NCBI GenBank assembly: GCA_902531765.1
Contig: CACAFC010000001.1
Coordinates: 170,261 to 234,260 of the forward strand
DNA: 64,000 nucleotides
Direction of reading: 5' to 3'
Source: an uncultured Pelagibacteraceae bacterium
GTDB taxonomy: Bacteria > Pseudomonadota > Alphaproteobacteria > Pelagibacterales > Pelagibacteraceae
In this document: positions 39,935 to 50,145 of the stretch, piece by piece
How the letters are laid out: every line of letters begins with the position of its first letter
Numbering within the stretch: the stretch's first letter is position 1
Program-made: the position numbers and the translations under genes
Notes under the pieces: generated by a model
What the model saw: only the letters and a program-made list of their open reading frames with translations
Databases searched by the model: none
Told to the model about the DNA's origin: nothing

Positions 39935-40484
39935 TCATACAATTAAAGAGGAAAAATCATATCAAGGTCTACAAATGAGCGAGGTCAAACCTATTATGAA
40001 ATTGATAGTAAGAGGTAAAAAAAGAGAATTTTTATCAGCTATTGGTAAATCTTTAAATATGGTTTTGCCTACAAAAGCAAATACTTCCACTCAAAGTGAA
40101 AAATTAACTGCTTTATGGTTGAGTCCTGATGAATGGATGATTTTTTCAAATGGCATTGTTAAAGAAAATACAAATTCTTATGAAACTGAAACACTTTTGA
40201 ATAAAAACATATCTAAATTAAATTTAGGAGCTGTGGTGGATGTCACAGATCAATTTGTAAGGATTAATCTCAAAGGGGATAAGATATATGATTTGTTTCA
40301 AACAGGCTCTCCTTTTAATTTTAATGATTTTAAGGGTAAAATTGGCTCAGTGACCCAAACAATTCTCACAAAAATTGATGTAATCATTCATAATCAAAAT
40401 AAAAATGAGGTTAATTTGTTTGTCAGGCGCTCATTTTCTGAGCACTTAATCGCATGGATAAATGATAGTGCGTCAAGATTATAG
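39921..40484 (+). CDS. soxG: Sarcosine oxidase subunit gamma
   Basis: LWLSPDEW, VDVTD, LFVRRSFSEHL..W; fourth gene of soxBDAG. Confidence 0.92.
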   Translation: MLNYNHTIKEEKSYQGLQMSEVKPIMKLIVRGKKREFLSAIGKSLNMVLPTKANTSTQSEKLTALWLSPDEWMIFSNGIVKENTNSYETETLLNKNISKLNLGAVVDVTDQFVRINLKGDKIYDLFQTGSPFNFNDFKGKIGSVTQTILTKIDVIIHNQNKNEVNLFVRRSFSEHLIAWINDSASRL

Positions 40485-40518
40485 TCACATTTAGATCTCA
40501 AATAAGTTAAAAAAAATT

Positions 40519-41286
40519 ATGAAAAAATTATTTTTAATAGCATTATTTGCTCTTTTACCCTTCTCACTTAACGCAGAATCTAATCTAGATAAAATTTTGT
40601 CTTCTGGAGTACTTAAAGTTGGTACTACTGGAGATTGGGATCCTATGACAGTCAAAGATCCTGCAACTAACAAATACAAAGGCTTCGATATCGATGTAAT
40701 GAATCAATTAGCTAAAGATATGGGTGTAAAAATTGAGTTTGTACCTGCAGAATGGAAAACTATTGTTTCAGGAATAACATCTACAAGGTATGATATCTCG
40801 ACTAGTGTTACAAAAACGCCAAAGAGAGCTGAAGTAGCTGGTTTTACTGACACCTATTACAAATATGCTACTGTGCCACTTGTTCTCAAAAAGAACTTAA
40901 AAAAATTTCCAACTTGGGACTCGCTTAATAATTCAAATGTAACAATTGCAACTACTCTTGGTACTTCTCAAGAGGAAAAGGCTAAAGAATTTTTTCCAAA
41001 ATCAAAATTAAACTCAATTGAAGCACCAGCAAGAGACTTTCAAGAAGTCTTGGCAGGTAGAGCTGATGGTAATATTACAAGTACAACAGAGGCAAATAAA
41101 TTGGTTATTAAATATCCTCAATTAGCAATTGTTCCAGATGGTGGAAAAAATCCAGCATTCTTAGCAATGATGGTACCAAAAGGCGATACTAAGTGGAATG
41201 ATTATGTAAACAAATGGATTAAAGATAAAAAATCCTCAGGCTTCTTCGCCAAGTTATTAGCTAAATATAATCTGAAAAGCTTATAA
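40519..41286 (+). CDS. Amino-acid ABC-type substrate-binding protein (SBP family 3; cyclohexadienyl dehydratase-like)
   Basis: Signal peptide, [21 protein letters not shown]...RYDI, LGTSQE. Confidence 0.85.
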   Translation: MKKLFLIALFALLPFSLNAESNLDKILSSGVLKVGTTGDWDPMTVKDPATNKYKGFDIDVMNQLAKDMGVKIEFVPAEWKTIVSGITSTRYDISTSVTKTPKRAEVAGFTDTYYKYATVPLVLKKNLKKFPTWDSLNNSNVTIATTLGTSQEEKAKEFFPKSKLNSIEAPARDFQEVLAGRADGNITSTTEANKLVIKYPQLAIVPDGGKNPAFLAMMVPKGDTKWNDYVNKWIKDKKSSGFFAKLLAKYNLKSL

Positions 41287-41326
41287 TAAATTAGTAATTA
41301 ATTTTTTATTCTTTATAACTTAAAGA

Positions 41327-42058
41327 GTGAAAAATCTTTTATTATTAATTCTAATTTTTCCATTAACATCATGCGGTAAAAGTGAATTAAACTGGTTAAT
41401 CTTATCACCAAACAACATTGAGGGGTTAACTAATCTAAAGTTTTTATTAAGTGGTTTAACAACTACTATTTATATTAGTTTAGTCTCAATCATTATTTCT
41501 ATTATTCTTGGCCTTTTAGTCGCTATTCCATCACTGGCTAAAAGTAAATTCTTAACCTACCTTAATATTGGCTATGTTGAAATTGTAAGAGCAATTCCTT
41601 TGCTAGTTTTAATTTTATGGATTTATTATGGTCTTCCAATCATGACGGGTATAAGTTTTAGCCCATTCGTTTCTGGTATCATAGCGCTATCAATTAGCGA
41701 AAGTGCTTTCCAAGCAGAAATATTTAGAGCAGGAATTAATTCAATAAAAAAATCACAATGGGAAGCTGGAAGCTCTTTAGGATTAAGTTTTTTTAGAAAA
41801 TTAAGATTAGTAATTCTACCTCAAGCAATAAAGAATATTTTACCAGCTATTGGTAATCAATTTGTATATGTGCTTAAAATGTCCTCTCTTGTATCGATAA
41901 TTGGTATTGGAGATCTGACTAGAAAAGCAAACGAATTGGTTGTGACGACTTATCGGCCACTTGAAATATATACATTTCTGATTCTAGAATATTTAGTCTT
42001 GATATTAATTGTTTCTTATCTTGTTAGAAAATTAGAAAAAAAATTACAAAAAGATTAA
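41327..42058 (+). CDS. Polar amino-acid ABC transporter permease (HisM/GlnP family)
   Basis: YVEIVRAIPLLV, EAA loop AEIFRAGI.SI...QWEA..SLG, ILPQA. GTG start; N-terminus has a lipobox-like LTSC. Confidence 0.9.
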   Translation: MKNLLLLILIFPLTSCGKSELNWLILSPNNIEGLTNLKFLLSGLTTTIYISLVSIIISIILGLLVAIPSLAKSKFLTYLNIGYVEIVRAIPLLVLILWIYYGLPIMTGISFSPFVSGIIALSISESAFQAEIFRAGINSIKKSQWEAGSSLGLSFFRKLRLVILPQAIKNILPAIGNQFVYVLKMSSLVSIIGIGDLTRKANELVVTTYRPLEIYTFLILEYLVLILIVSYLVRKLEKKLQKD

Positions 42059-42534
42059 TTTTTTCTTCTATAGTCCCAAGGATACTCAAAAGTCATTGCC
42101 CACATACCTTTTTTATTTTTTTTGGCATAATCCTCATCTGGAATGTATTTTGTTGAATATTTCCTGTAAGCAAAAGCATAACCCTCTCGAACAAGATACT
42201 TAGATAGACTTTGATTATTTACAAAACATTCAGCTAAAATTCTCTTATATCTATCTACACCCTCCTTGACACATCTTACTTTGTTTTTACCTATCTTATT
42301 AATAAGTAATTGTTTTGCTTGAACTCCACATTTGATAACCTCATTATTCTTATTACAAATTTGTTTAATTTCAGGAGTGTCAATGCCACTAAAACGAATT
42401 TTTTCGTTTTTTAAATGAATGGTATCTCCGTCTATAACCTTTAATTCACTAGATTTTACATCAAGGTATGTGACAAAGAAAAATATTAAACAAATACTAG
42501 TAAGTAAAAAGACTTTTATTTTGTTTGAAAACAT
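42055..42534 (-). CDS. Thermonuclease (SNase-like) family protein with N-terminal anchor
   Basis: VIDGDTI, IRFSGIDTPE, DRYKRILA, LVREGYA, Y...E..AK..KKGMW. Confidence 0.9.
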   Translation of the reverse strand: MFSNKIKVFLLTSICLIFFFVTYLDVKSSELKVIDGDTIHLKNEKIRFSGIDTPEIKQICNKNNEVIKCGVQAKQLLINKIGKNKVRCVKEGVDRYKRILAECFVNNQSLSKYLVREGYAFAYRKYSTKYIPDEDYAKKNKKGMWAMTFEYPWDYRRKN

Positions 42535-43867
42535 TATTCAAAAAATACCCAATAAATATTAGAACTGCAATTCCCATAAACCAATTTGTTACTAAAATCG
42601 TATAAAAAATATCCTCATAATCCCCTCCTTTAATATTAATTACATACCATAAACTTAAGAATGGAAGAGCTGTTAATCGAAGAACACTTAGATAAAGACT
42701 GTACAATGGTTTTTTCACTGCTTGGAATACTGCAGTGGTTATAAAAAAAACAGGATAAATTGGGCCAATTAGTGCAGCAACCTTTAAGTATATTGCACCA
42801 TGCTTTATTGCCTCTTGGTTATCAGTAAATAATGAAACTAAAAACTCTGCACCCAAAAATATTATTATTCCTGCACAGATCATGAAAGATGATCCAAACA
42901 TCAGAGCTTTTCTGTATAATTCTCTCAACCTATCATAATTTTTTGCACCAAAATTTTGTCCCCCAATAGATAATACTGCTGTATTTAATCCAATTACAGG
43001 AAGTAAAAAAACTTGTTCAATTCTTAAAGCAGCACCATAACCAGCAGTTGCCAAGTCTCCAAATTGACCAATGAAGTAAAGGATGTTGAACAAACCAACA
43101 CCAATCAACAACATGCTAAACATCACAGGTATCGTCTGATACAAGAGTTCTCCAAGAAGATCAAATTTTGGAATAAAACACTCAGGCTTAAGATATTGTT
43201 TTAATTCACAACAATAAACTTTATATGCTAAATACAAAAGACCAACAAACTGAGCCACTACAGTAGCTATTGCAAGTCCAGCTATACCAAATGCTGGAAT
43301 AAAACCATAACCAAAAATAAATAACGGATTTAGAATAATATTTAAAAAGAAACTAAAAATTAAAACATTTCTATAACTTTTTGTATCACCTTGTGCATTT
43401 AGTGTTCCATTTAGAGAAATTTGTATCAAAACAATTATGGTTCCATAAAAAATAACATCTAGATACTTTCTAGTTAATATAATTGCTTCTTGGTCTGATC
43501 CCATAAGAGAAAGTAAAAAATCTGAAACATTCAAACCAAAAAAAGTAACTAGTATGGATAAAAAGATTGCAAAAATAATTGATTGAGCTACAAATAATGA
43601 GGCCTTCTTTTTATTATTAGCCCCTATATTATTTCCAATCAAAGTATTAGTTCCAGCAGTTAATCCAACACCTATTGCAATAATAGTAAAATAAATTGGA
43701 AAAGATTTCGCGATCGCTGCTATTGCTTCAGCAGATATTCTTCCTGCGAACCATGTGTCTACTAGATTGTAAAAGGTTTGAAATAATGAACCAACACTTG
43801 CTGGAATAGTAACTTTTCTCAATAAAAACCATATTGGATCTTTAGTTAATTTGAAAGATTGTGACAA
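42497..43867 (-). CDS. MATE family efflux transporter
   Basis: FQTFYNLVDT.FAG, GDTK, LNIILNPLFIFG, GIAGLAIAT, GQNFGAK; about 12 TM. Confidence 0.92.
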   Translation of the reverse strand: MSQSFKLTKDPIWFLLRKVTIPASVGSLFQTFYNLVDTWFAGRISAEAIAAIAKSFPIYFTIIAIGVGLTAGTNTLIGNNIGANNKKKASLFVAQSIIFAIFLSILVTFFGLNVSDFLLSLMGSDQEAIILTRKYLDVIFYGTIIVLIQISLNGTLNAQGDTKSYRNVLIFSFFLNIILNPLFIFGYGFIPAFGIAGLAIATVVAQFVGLLYLAYKVYCCELKQYLKPECFIPKFDLLGELLYQTIPVMFSMLLIGVGLFNILYFIGQFGDLATAGYGAALRIEQVFLLPVIGLNTAVLSIGGQNFGAKNYDRLRELYRKALMFGSSFMICAGIIIFLGAEFLVSLFTDNQEAIKHGAIYLKVAALIGPIYPVFFITTAVFQAVKKPLYSLYLSVLRLTALPFLSLWYVINIKGGDYEDIFYTILVTNWFMGIAVLIFIGYFLNNVFKQNKSLFTY

Positions 43868-43875
43868 ATAAATCC

Positions 43876-44784
43876 TTAGTTAAATTCTTTTTGAAAATTA
43901 TATTTTTTTCCTGATAGCTTTGCCTTGTATATCTGACTTTGTCTCATTCTAAAACGAGATTTTTGATTTTTTGAGAGTTTATCAAAACAATTAGGACAAG
44001 TCACACCCTCCTCGTATCTTCTTGATTTTTTATCTTTAATAGAGATTGGTTCTCTACATCCACCACAAATTGAATATGTGCCTTGAGCCAGTCCATGTTT
44101 TAAACTTACTCTGTTGTCAAATACAAAACATTCACCTTTCCATAAACTTTTTTTTGGTTTGATTTTTTTTAAGTAATTCAAAATTCCACCCTTTAATTGA
44201 TAAATATTTTTAAAACCTTTTTTTTCTAAAAATACAGAGGCTTTTTCACACCTAATTCCACCAGTGCAAAACATTGCTATTGGCTGATCTTTTTTTAATT
44301 TTTTTAAATATTTTGGGAAATCTCTAAAGTTACCTATATTTGGATTTATAGATTTTTTAAAAGATCCAACTTTATGCTCAAAAGGTTTTCTTGCATCTAA
44401 TAAAAGAGTTTCTTTTTTTTTAATTAATTTATTCCATTTTGTTGGATCAATATGAGTATTCTTTTTTGTGATCCTATTCGACATTTTAAGATCCATTGGA
44501 ACAACCTCTTTTTTAATTTTTACTTTTGGTTTATGAAAAGGTTTAAATTCACTTTTTGAATTATTGAAACTATCAAATTCTTTAATACTTAAAATTTTTT
44601 TTAATCTAATAATGGTAGACTTAATGTCTTTATTTTTTCCTGATATAGATCCATTTAAACCCTCTTTGGATATGATAATTGATCCATTTATATTTTTATT
44701 AATTAAAAGATTACTCAATATTTTTTGATTTTTTTTTAAATCATTTATTTTTTGAAATTTATAAAAACCAAATACAGTGAACAT
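43876..44784 (-). CDS. trhO: tRNA uridine(34) hydroxylase TrhO (YceA/UPF0176 rhodanese-domain protein)
   Basis: FYKF, G.II.S.EG.NG, KVKIKKEVV.M, FCTGGIRCEKAS, LKGGILNYL, W.GECFVFD.RV. Confidence 0.88.
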   Translation of the reverse strand: MFTVFGFYKFQKINDLKKNQKILSNLLINKNINGSIIISKEGLNGSISGKNKDIKSTIIRLKKILSIKEFDSFNNSKSEFKPFHKPKVKIKKEVVPMDLKMSNRITKKNTHIDPTKWNKLIKKKETLLLDARKPFEHKVGSFKKSINPNIGNFRDFPKYLKKLKKDQPIAMFCTGGIRCEKASVFLEKKGFKNIYQLKGGILNYLKKIKPKKSLWKGECFVFDNRVSLKHGLAQGTYSICGGCREPISIKDKKSRRYEEGVTCPNCFDKLSKNQKSRFRMRQSQIYKAKLSGKKYNFQKEFN

Positions 44785-45434
44785 TAAATCTTCCTACAAA
44801 CAGTCATTCCATCACCAAAAGGTACCATGACCTTTTCAATTCTTGTATCCTTAGAGATAAAATCATTCAAATCTCTAATACTTTTTGTAATTTTGTCATT
44901 TATATCTTTGTTAACAACTTCCCCATGCCATAATACGTTATCGATTATTACTAAACCCTCTTTATTCAATAAATCTAAAGAAATTTCATAATATCTTTTA
45001 TAATTCATCTTATCTGCATCAATAAAAACTAAGTCAAATTTTTCATTTCTTATACTCATTAAAGTTTCTAATGCTGGTTTAATCATTGTTTTAATCTTAT
45101 GATCTTGATTGGCCTTTTTAAAAAAGCTTTGTGCAACTTTGGTTGTTTCCACATTTTTATCTAATGCAATTATACTGCCTTCATCTGGTAAGGCTAGTGC
45201 CATGGATAATGTACTTAAACCTGTAAAAGTTCCTATCTCTAGGACTTTTTTAATTTTGGAAACTTTAATAATCAAATGTAGAAATTGACATTGGGAAATA
45301 GAGATTTGCATTCTTTTCGAGTCACCAAGTGATAAGTTATAATCTATTATTTCTTTTTGAATTGGATGCAATTTCAAACCATTTTTTAAGATATAATCTT
45401 GTAAATGTTTTGTGATATTAAGGTCTGAACCCAT
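44784..45434 (-). CDS. Class I SAM-dependent O-methyltransferase (caffeoyl-CoA OMT-like)
   Basis: MQIS, VLEIGTFTG.S, FDLVFIDADK.NY, IIDNVLWHG, PFGDG. Confidence 0.9.
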   Translation of the reverse strand: MGSDLNITKHLQDYILKNGLKLHPIQKEIIDYNLSLGDSKRMQISISQCQFLHLIIKVSKIKKVLEIGTFTGLSTLSMALALPDEGSIIALDKNVETTKVAQSFFKKANQDHKIKTMIKPALETLMSIRNEKFDLVFIDADKMNYKRYYEISLDLLNKEGLVIIDNVLWHGEVVNKDINDKITKSIRDLNDFISKDTRIEKVMVPFGDGMTVCRKI

Positions 45435-45438
45435 AACC

Positions 45439-46914
45439 TTATAATTTTTTCTTTAGGATCTCATTTGTTAATTGAGGGTTAGCTTTTCCACCTGATGCCT
45501 TCATTGCTTGACCAACAAAAAAACCAAATAATTTTTCTTTTCCCTGTTTATATTCAATAGCTTTCTCTCTATTATCATTAATTATTTTATCAATTAAAGC
45601 CTCTAAAGCCTTTGGATCACTTTGTTGCTTTAATCCTTTTTCCTCAACAATTTTTTGTGGATCTTTATCTCCATCAATCATTAATTCAAAAACAGTTTTT
45701 GCTATTTTTCCTGAAATGGTTCCATTCTTAATTAGATTTATCAATATGGCAAAATTCTTTGCACTTACTGGACTTTGAGAAATTTCTAAACCTTTACTAT
45801 TTAAAAAAGCAAATAGTTCTCCTGTAATCCAATTGACTGCTAACTTAATGTCTTTATTCTTACCCATTTTTGCTACAACTTCTTCAAAATATTTCGCTGT
45901 ATCAATATCAGACACTAAAATATTTGCTTCATAAGGAGACAATTTGAACTCTTCAATAAATCTTTTCTTTTTATCATCTGGGAGTTCTGGAATATCATTT
46001 TTAAGTTCTTCAATAAATTTTTCTGAAACCTCCAGAGGTAACAAATCAGGATCAGGAAAATATCTATAATCATGAGCATCTTCTTTTGATCTCATTGATC
46101 TTGTCTCATTTTTCTTCGTATCAAAAAGTCTTGTTTCTTGATCAATAGTTTTGCCCTCCTCTATTAAATCAACTTGTCTATTAGCCTCATATTCTATTGC
46201 CATCTGCATAAATTTAATTGAATTAACGTTTTTAATTTCACACCGTGTACCAAATTCTTTTGAACCTTTTGGTCTTACAGAAACATTCACATCAGCTCTT
46301 AGAGAACCCTCTTGCATATTACCATCACAAGTTCCCAAATACCTCATTATAGATCGTAATTTTTTAATATAAGCATTAACTTCATCTGGGGATCTTAGAT
46401 CAGGCTTGCTTACTATTTCCATTAAAGCTACCCCTGATCTGTTCAAATCAACAAAGGTATTTTGTGGGTCAAGATCATGTATACTTTTTCCAGCGTCTTG
46501 TTCTAGATGTAATCTTTCTATCCCAACTTCTTTTTGACCATAAGGCATATCTAAAATAACTTTACCCTCTCCTACTATTGGATCTTTAAATTGTGATATT
46601 TGATATCCTTGAGGTAAATCAGCATAAAAATAATTTTTTCTATCAAATACTGAGCGTTTATTAATTTTTGCATTGAGACCGATGCCAGTTTTAATTGCTT
46701 GTTTAACACAAAATTCATTTATTATTGGTAACATTCCTGGAAATGCAGCATCAACTAAACTAACCTGCGTATTAGGCTCTGCTCCAAATTTTGTTGCAGA
46801 AGTAGAAAATAATTTAGACTCAGATAAAACCTGAGCATGAACTTCTAAACCAATTACAACCTCATACTGATTATCTTTTCGATTGATCAAATATTCTGAA
46901 TCTTTTTTACTCAT
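45439..46914 (-). CDS. gatB: Asp/Glu-tRNA amidotransferase subunit B
   Basis: [57 protein letters not shown]. Start at 46914 gives an ATGA overlap with the gatA stop. Confidence 0.97.
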   Translation of the reverse strand: MSKKDSEYLINRKDNQYEVVIGLEVHAQVLSESKLFSTSATKFGAEPNTQVSLVDAAFPGMLPIINEFCVKQAIKTGIGLNAKINKRSVFDRKNYFYADLPQGYQISQFKDPIVGEGKVILDMPYGQKEVGIERLHLEQDAGKSIHDLDPQNTFVDLNRSGVALMEIVSKPDLRSPDEVNAYIKKLRSIMRYLGTCDGNMQEGSLRADVNVSVRPKGSKEFGTRCEIKNVNSIKFMQMAIEYEANRQVDLIEEGKTIDQETRLFDTKKNETRSMRSKEDAHDYRYFPDPDLLPLEVSEKFIEELKNDIPELPDDKKKRFIEEFKLSPYEANILVSDIDTAKYFEEVVAKMGKNKDIKLAVNWITGELFAFLNSKGLEISQSPVSAKNFAILINLIKNGTISGKIAKTVFELMIDGDKDPQKIVEEKGLKQQSDPKALEALIDKIINDNREKAIEYKQGKEKLFGFFVGQAMKASGGKANPQLTNEILKKKL

Positions 46915-48368
46915 TTTATCCACCAATCGGTAATTTTGTTTTTAAAATTGATCTTTTCTTCCATGGCATAAGCTATATTCAATATATTTTGTTCATCAAA
47001 AGCTTTGCCAATAATTTGTAAACCTAAAGGATAACCTTTTGAGTCATGTCCTGCAGGTATTGAGATGCCTGGAAGTCCAGCTAAGTTAACAGGAACTGTA
47101 AATATATCATTAAGATACATTGAAACTGGATCATTCGTTTTTTCACCTATTTTGAATGCTGAGCTAGGTGTTGATGGAGTTAAAATTGCATCGACTTTTT
47201 TATAAGCCTCATCAAAATCATTTTTGATAAGTTTCCTTACTTTTTGAGCTTTAAGATAATAAGCATCGTAGTACCCAGAAGATAAAACATAAGTTCCGAT
47301 CATAATTCTTCTTTGAACTTCAGCTCCAAAACCTTCTGATCTAGTTTTTTCGTACATATCAATTAAATTTTCACCTTTAGCTCTAAATCCATACTTAACA
47401 CCATCATATCTTGCTAAGTTTGATGAAGCCTCTGCTGGAGCAACTATATAATAAGTAGGTAAAGCATAACTTGTATTCGGCAGAGAAATATCAATGGTTT
47501 CAGCACCACAATCTTTAATATATTGAATACCCTTTTGCCAAAGATCTTCAATTTCTTTTGGCATACCGTCGACTCTATATTCTTTTGGTATTCCAATTTT
47601 TTTTCCTTTTATGTTATTTGTAAGTTCTTTACTGTAATGATTTCTTTTGAAATCTATTGAAGTAGAGTCTTTAGGATCATAGGAACTGATCACTTCATAT
47701 AATAAAGCACAATCTTTGACATTTTGTGCCATTGGTCCTGCTTGATCCAATGATGAAGCAAAAGCAACTATTCCATATCTTGAACAACTTCCGTAAGTAG
47801 GTTTCAATCCAACAATACCAGTGAAAGAAGCTGGTTGTCTAATTGATCCACCTGTATCAGTACCAATTGTAACAGGAGTCAATTGTCCAGCCACCGCTGA
47901 GGCTGAACCACCAGATGATCCACCAGGAACTAAATTTTTGTCAATAGGACTTTGCACATTACCAAAAAAACTTGTTTCATTTGATGAACCCATTGCAAAC
48001 TCATCACAGTTTAACTTACCTAGAAGTATTGCACCTTCATTCCAAATATTTTCTGTAACTGTTGACTCATAAGTTGGAACAAAATTATTTAAAATTTTAC
48101 TACCAGCAGTTGTTTTAATATTTTTTGTACAAAATAAATCCTTAACTGCCATTGGAATACCAGGCAGTTTTAAATTAAAATTGGGTTTTTGATCGAATTT
48201 TTTTGCTTTATCTAAAGCCGATGTAAAGTCATTTGTAATATAAGTATTCAATTTTTCAGATTTTTCAGATCTATCAATAAATGCTTTGGTCACATCTGTT
48301 GAAGAAAGTTTTTTATTTTTAATATTTTCAACAAGTTCTGTAAGGGACTTTTTTGTAATATCTGACAT
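46911..48368 (-). CDS. gatA: Asp/Glu-tRNA amidotransferase subunit A
   Basis: Amidase signature [29 protein letters not shown]. Confidence 0.97.
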   Translation of the reverse strand: MSDITKKSLTELVENIKNKKLSSTDVTKAFIDRSEKSEKLNTYITNDFTSALDKAKKFDQKPNFNLKLPGIPMAVKDLFCTKNIKTTAGSKILNNFVPTYESTVTENIWNEGAILLGKLNCDEFAMGSSNETSFFGNVQSPIDKNLVPGGSSGGSASAVAGQLTPVTIGTDTGGSIRQPASFTGIVGLKPTYGSCSRYGIVAFASSLDQAGPMAQNVKDCALLYEVISSYDPKDSTSIDFKRNHYSKELTNNIKGKKIGIPKEYRVDGMPKEIEDLWQKGIQYIKDCGAETIDISLPNTSYALPTYYIVAPAEASSNLARYDGVKYGFRAKGENLIDMYEKTRSEGFGAEVQRRIMIGTYVLSSGYYDAYYLKAQKVRKLIKNDFDEAYKKVDAILTPSTPSSAFKIGEKTNDPVSMYLNDIFTVPVNLAGLPGISIPAGHDSKGYPLGLQIIGKAFDEQNILNIAYAMEEKINFKNKITDWWIK

Positions 48369-48655
48369 TATTCAATCACCTTAGGTACAACAAAATAGTC
48401 CTCGTTATCCTGAGGAGAATTTTTAATAATTTGTTCTCTGATATTTTTACTTTTTACTTCATCAGATCTTAATTTTAAGGTTGTTTCTGCAATAGAAGTT
48501 AATGGTTCTACATTATCAGTTTTTAATTCGTTAAGTTTTTCAATAAATTCAAAAATAGAATTTAAATCACCAGCTAATTTTTCAGCTCTTTGCTCGTCAA
48601 CTGAAATTCTTGCCAATTTAGATATATGTTTTATTGTTTTAAGATCTATACTCAT
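48368..48655 (-). CDS. gatC: Asp/Glu-tRNA amidotransferase subunit C
   Basis: HISKLARI, VEPL, LR.DEV, YFVVPKVIE. Confidence 0.95.
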   Translation of the reverse strand: MSIDLKTIKHISKLARISVDEQRAEKLAGDLNSIFEFIEKLNELKTDNVEPLTSIAETTLKLRSDEVKSKNIREQIIKNSPQDNEDYFVVPKVIE

Positions 48656-48705
48656 ATGCTATTTAAATATGACGCAAAGTATCACTTAAGTTTAAAATAT
48701 ACAAT

Positions 48706-49161
48706 ATGATCACTTTAGAGGAATTTAAAAAAAAACACTCAGATAAGTGTAGATTGATAGGTTTAGACCTTGGATCTAAAAGAATTGGTGTGTCAATCTG
48801 TGATGACAAGCAACTAATAGCCACTCCATTAAAAACAATAAATAGAAATTCGTTAAAAGATCTCGTTGATGAACTAAGATTAATCATTAATGAAAATGAT
48901 ATAAAAGGAATTATTATTGGAAATCCTTTAAATATGGATGGATCCTCAGGTAGGTCAGCTCAATCTGTAAAAGATACAACTGAAAATATTGAAAGAAACT
49001 TGGATATTCCAATTTGTCTCTGGGATGAGAGACTCTCAACTGTTGGTGCTTTTAATCTGTCTAGCCAGTTAGATATTAATGTGAGTAAAAGAGAAAAAAA
49101 GATCGACGAAAACGCTGCTGCTTTTATATTACAAGGAGCTTTAGATTTTTTGAATAATTAA
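48706..49161 (+). CDS. ruvX: YqgF/RuvX pre-16S rRNA maturation nuclease
   Basis: LIGLDLGSKRIGVS, IGNPLNMDG, WDERLST, AAAFILQG. Confidence 0.93.
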   Translation: MITLEEFKKKHSDKCRLIGLDLGSKRIGVSICDDKQLIATPLKTINRNSLKDLVDELRLIINENDIKGIIIGNPLNMDGSSGRSAQSVKDTTENIERNLDIPICLWDERLSTVGAFNLSSQLDINVSKREKKIDENAAAFILQGALDFLNN

Positions 49162-49203
49162 TACTTGCTATTATAGAGGTTTATAGTTATAGAGTTGGTT
49201 TTA

Positions 49204-50145
49204 ATGGCAATTAAATCAAATCAGGCTATTAAAATTTCTCAAAAACATCTATTAGGAATTCAAGATTTATCAATTAATGATGTTAATTTAATACTTGATG
49301 AAGCAAATTCATTTGTAAAAGTAAATCAAAGTAAAAATAAAAAAGTTGACGTTTTAAGAGGTAAAACTCAAATTAATTTATTTTTTGAACCGTCTACTAG
49401 AACTCAAAGCTCTTTTGAACTAGCTGGTAAAAGACTTGGGGCTGACGTTATGTCAATGAATATTAGCAACTCTGCAATTAAAAAAGGTGAAACATTAATA
49501 GATACAGCAATGACACTTAATGCGATGCATCCTGATATTATTGTAATTAGACATCAAGACTCTGGAGCGTGTAATCTACTTTCACAAAAAGTAAACTGCT
49601 CAGTTCTTAATGCTGGTGATGGCAGAAGAGAGCACCCAACCCAAGCTTTATTAGATGCATTAACAATCATAACTCGTAAAAAAAAGATACAAGGATTAAA
49701 AATTGCAATCTGTGGAGATATTCTTCATTCAAGAGTTGCTAGATCAAATATTTACTTACTTAGTATGTTGGGAGCAGAAGTGAACATAGTTGCTCCAACA
49801 AATCTTATGCCAAAAGAAATTGAAAAATTTGGTGTTAATACTTTTACTGATATGAAAAAAGGATTGAAAGATTGTGATATTGTTATGATGTTGAGATTAC
49901 AGAATGAGCGAATGACAAGTTCATATCTTTCATCTAATAGAGAATATTATGAATATTACGGATTAACTCCTGACAAATTAGAACATGCTAAATCTGATGC
50001 CTTAATTATGCATCCTGGTCCAATGAACAGAGGTATAGAAATAGATACAATGCTAGCTGATGATATCAACAAAAGTGTAATTAAAGAGCAAGTTGAATTG
50101 GGTGTCGCGGTAAGGATGGCTTGTCTTAAAATATTTTGTACATAA
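49204..50145 (+). CDS. pyrB: Aspartate carbamoyltransferase catalytic subunit
   Basis: [58 protein letters not shown] at 49204 preferred. Confidence 0.97.
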   Translation: MAIKSNQAIKISQKHLLGIQDLSINDVNLILDEANSFVKVNQSKNKKVDVLRGKTQINLFFEPSTRTQSSFELAGKRLGADVMSMNISNSAIKKGETLIDTAMTLNAMHPDIIVIRHQDSGACNLLSQKVNCSVLNAGDGRREHPTQALLDALTIITRKKKIQGLKIAICGDILHSRVARSNIYLLSMLGAEVNIVAPTNLMPKEIEKFGVNTFTDMKKGLKDCDIVMMLRLQNERMTSSYLSSNREYYEYYGLTPDKLEHAKSDALIMHPGPMNRGIEIDTMLADDINKSVIKEQVELGVAVRMACLKIFCT

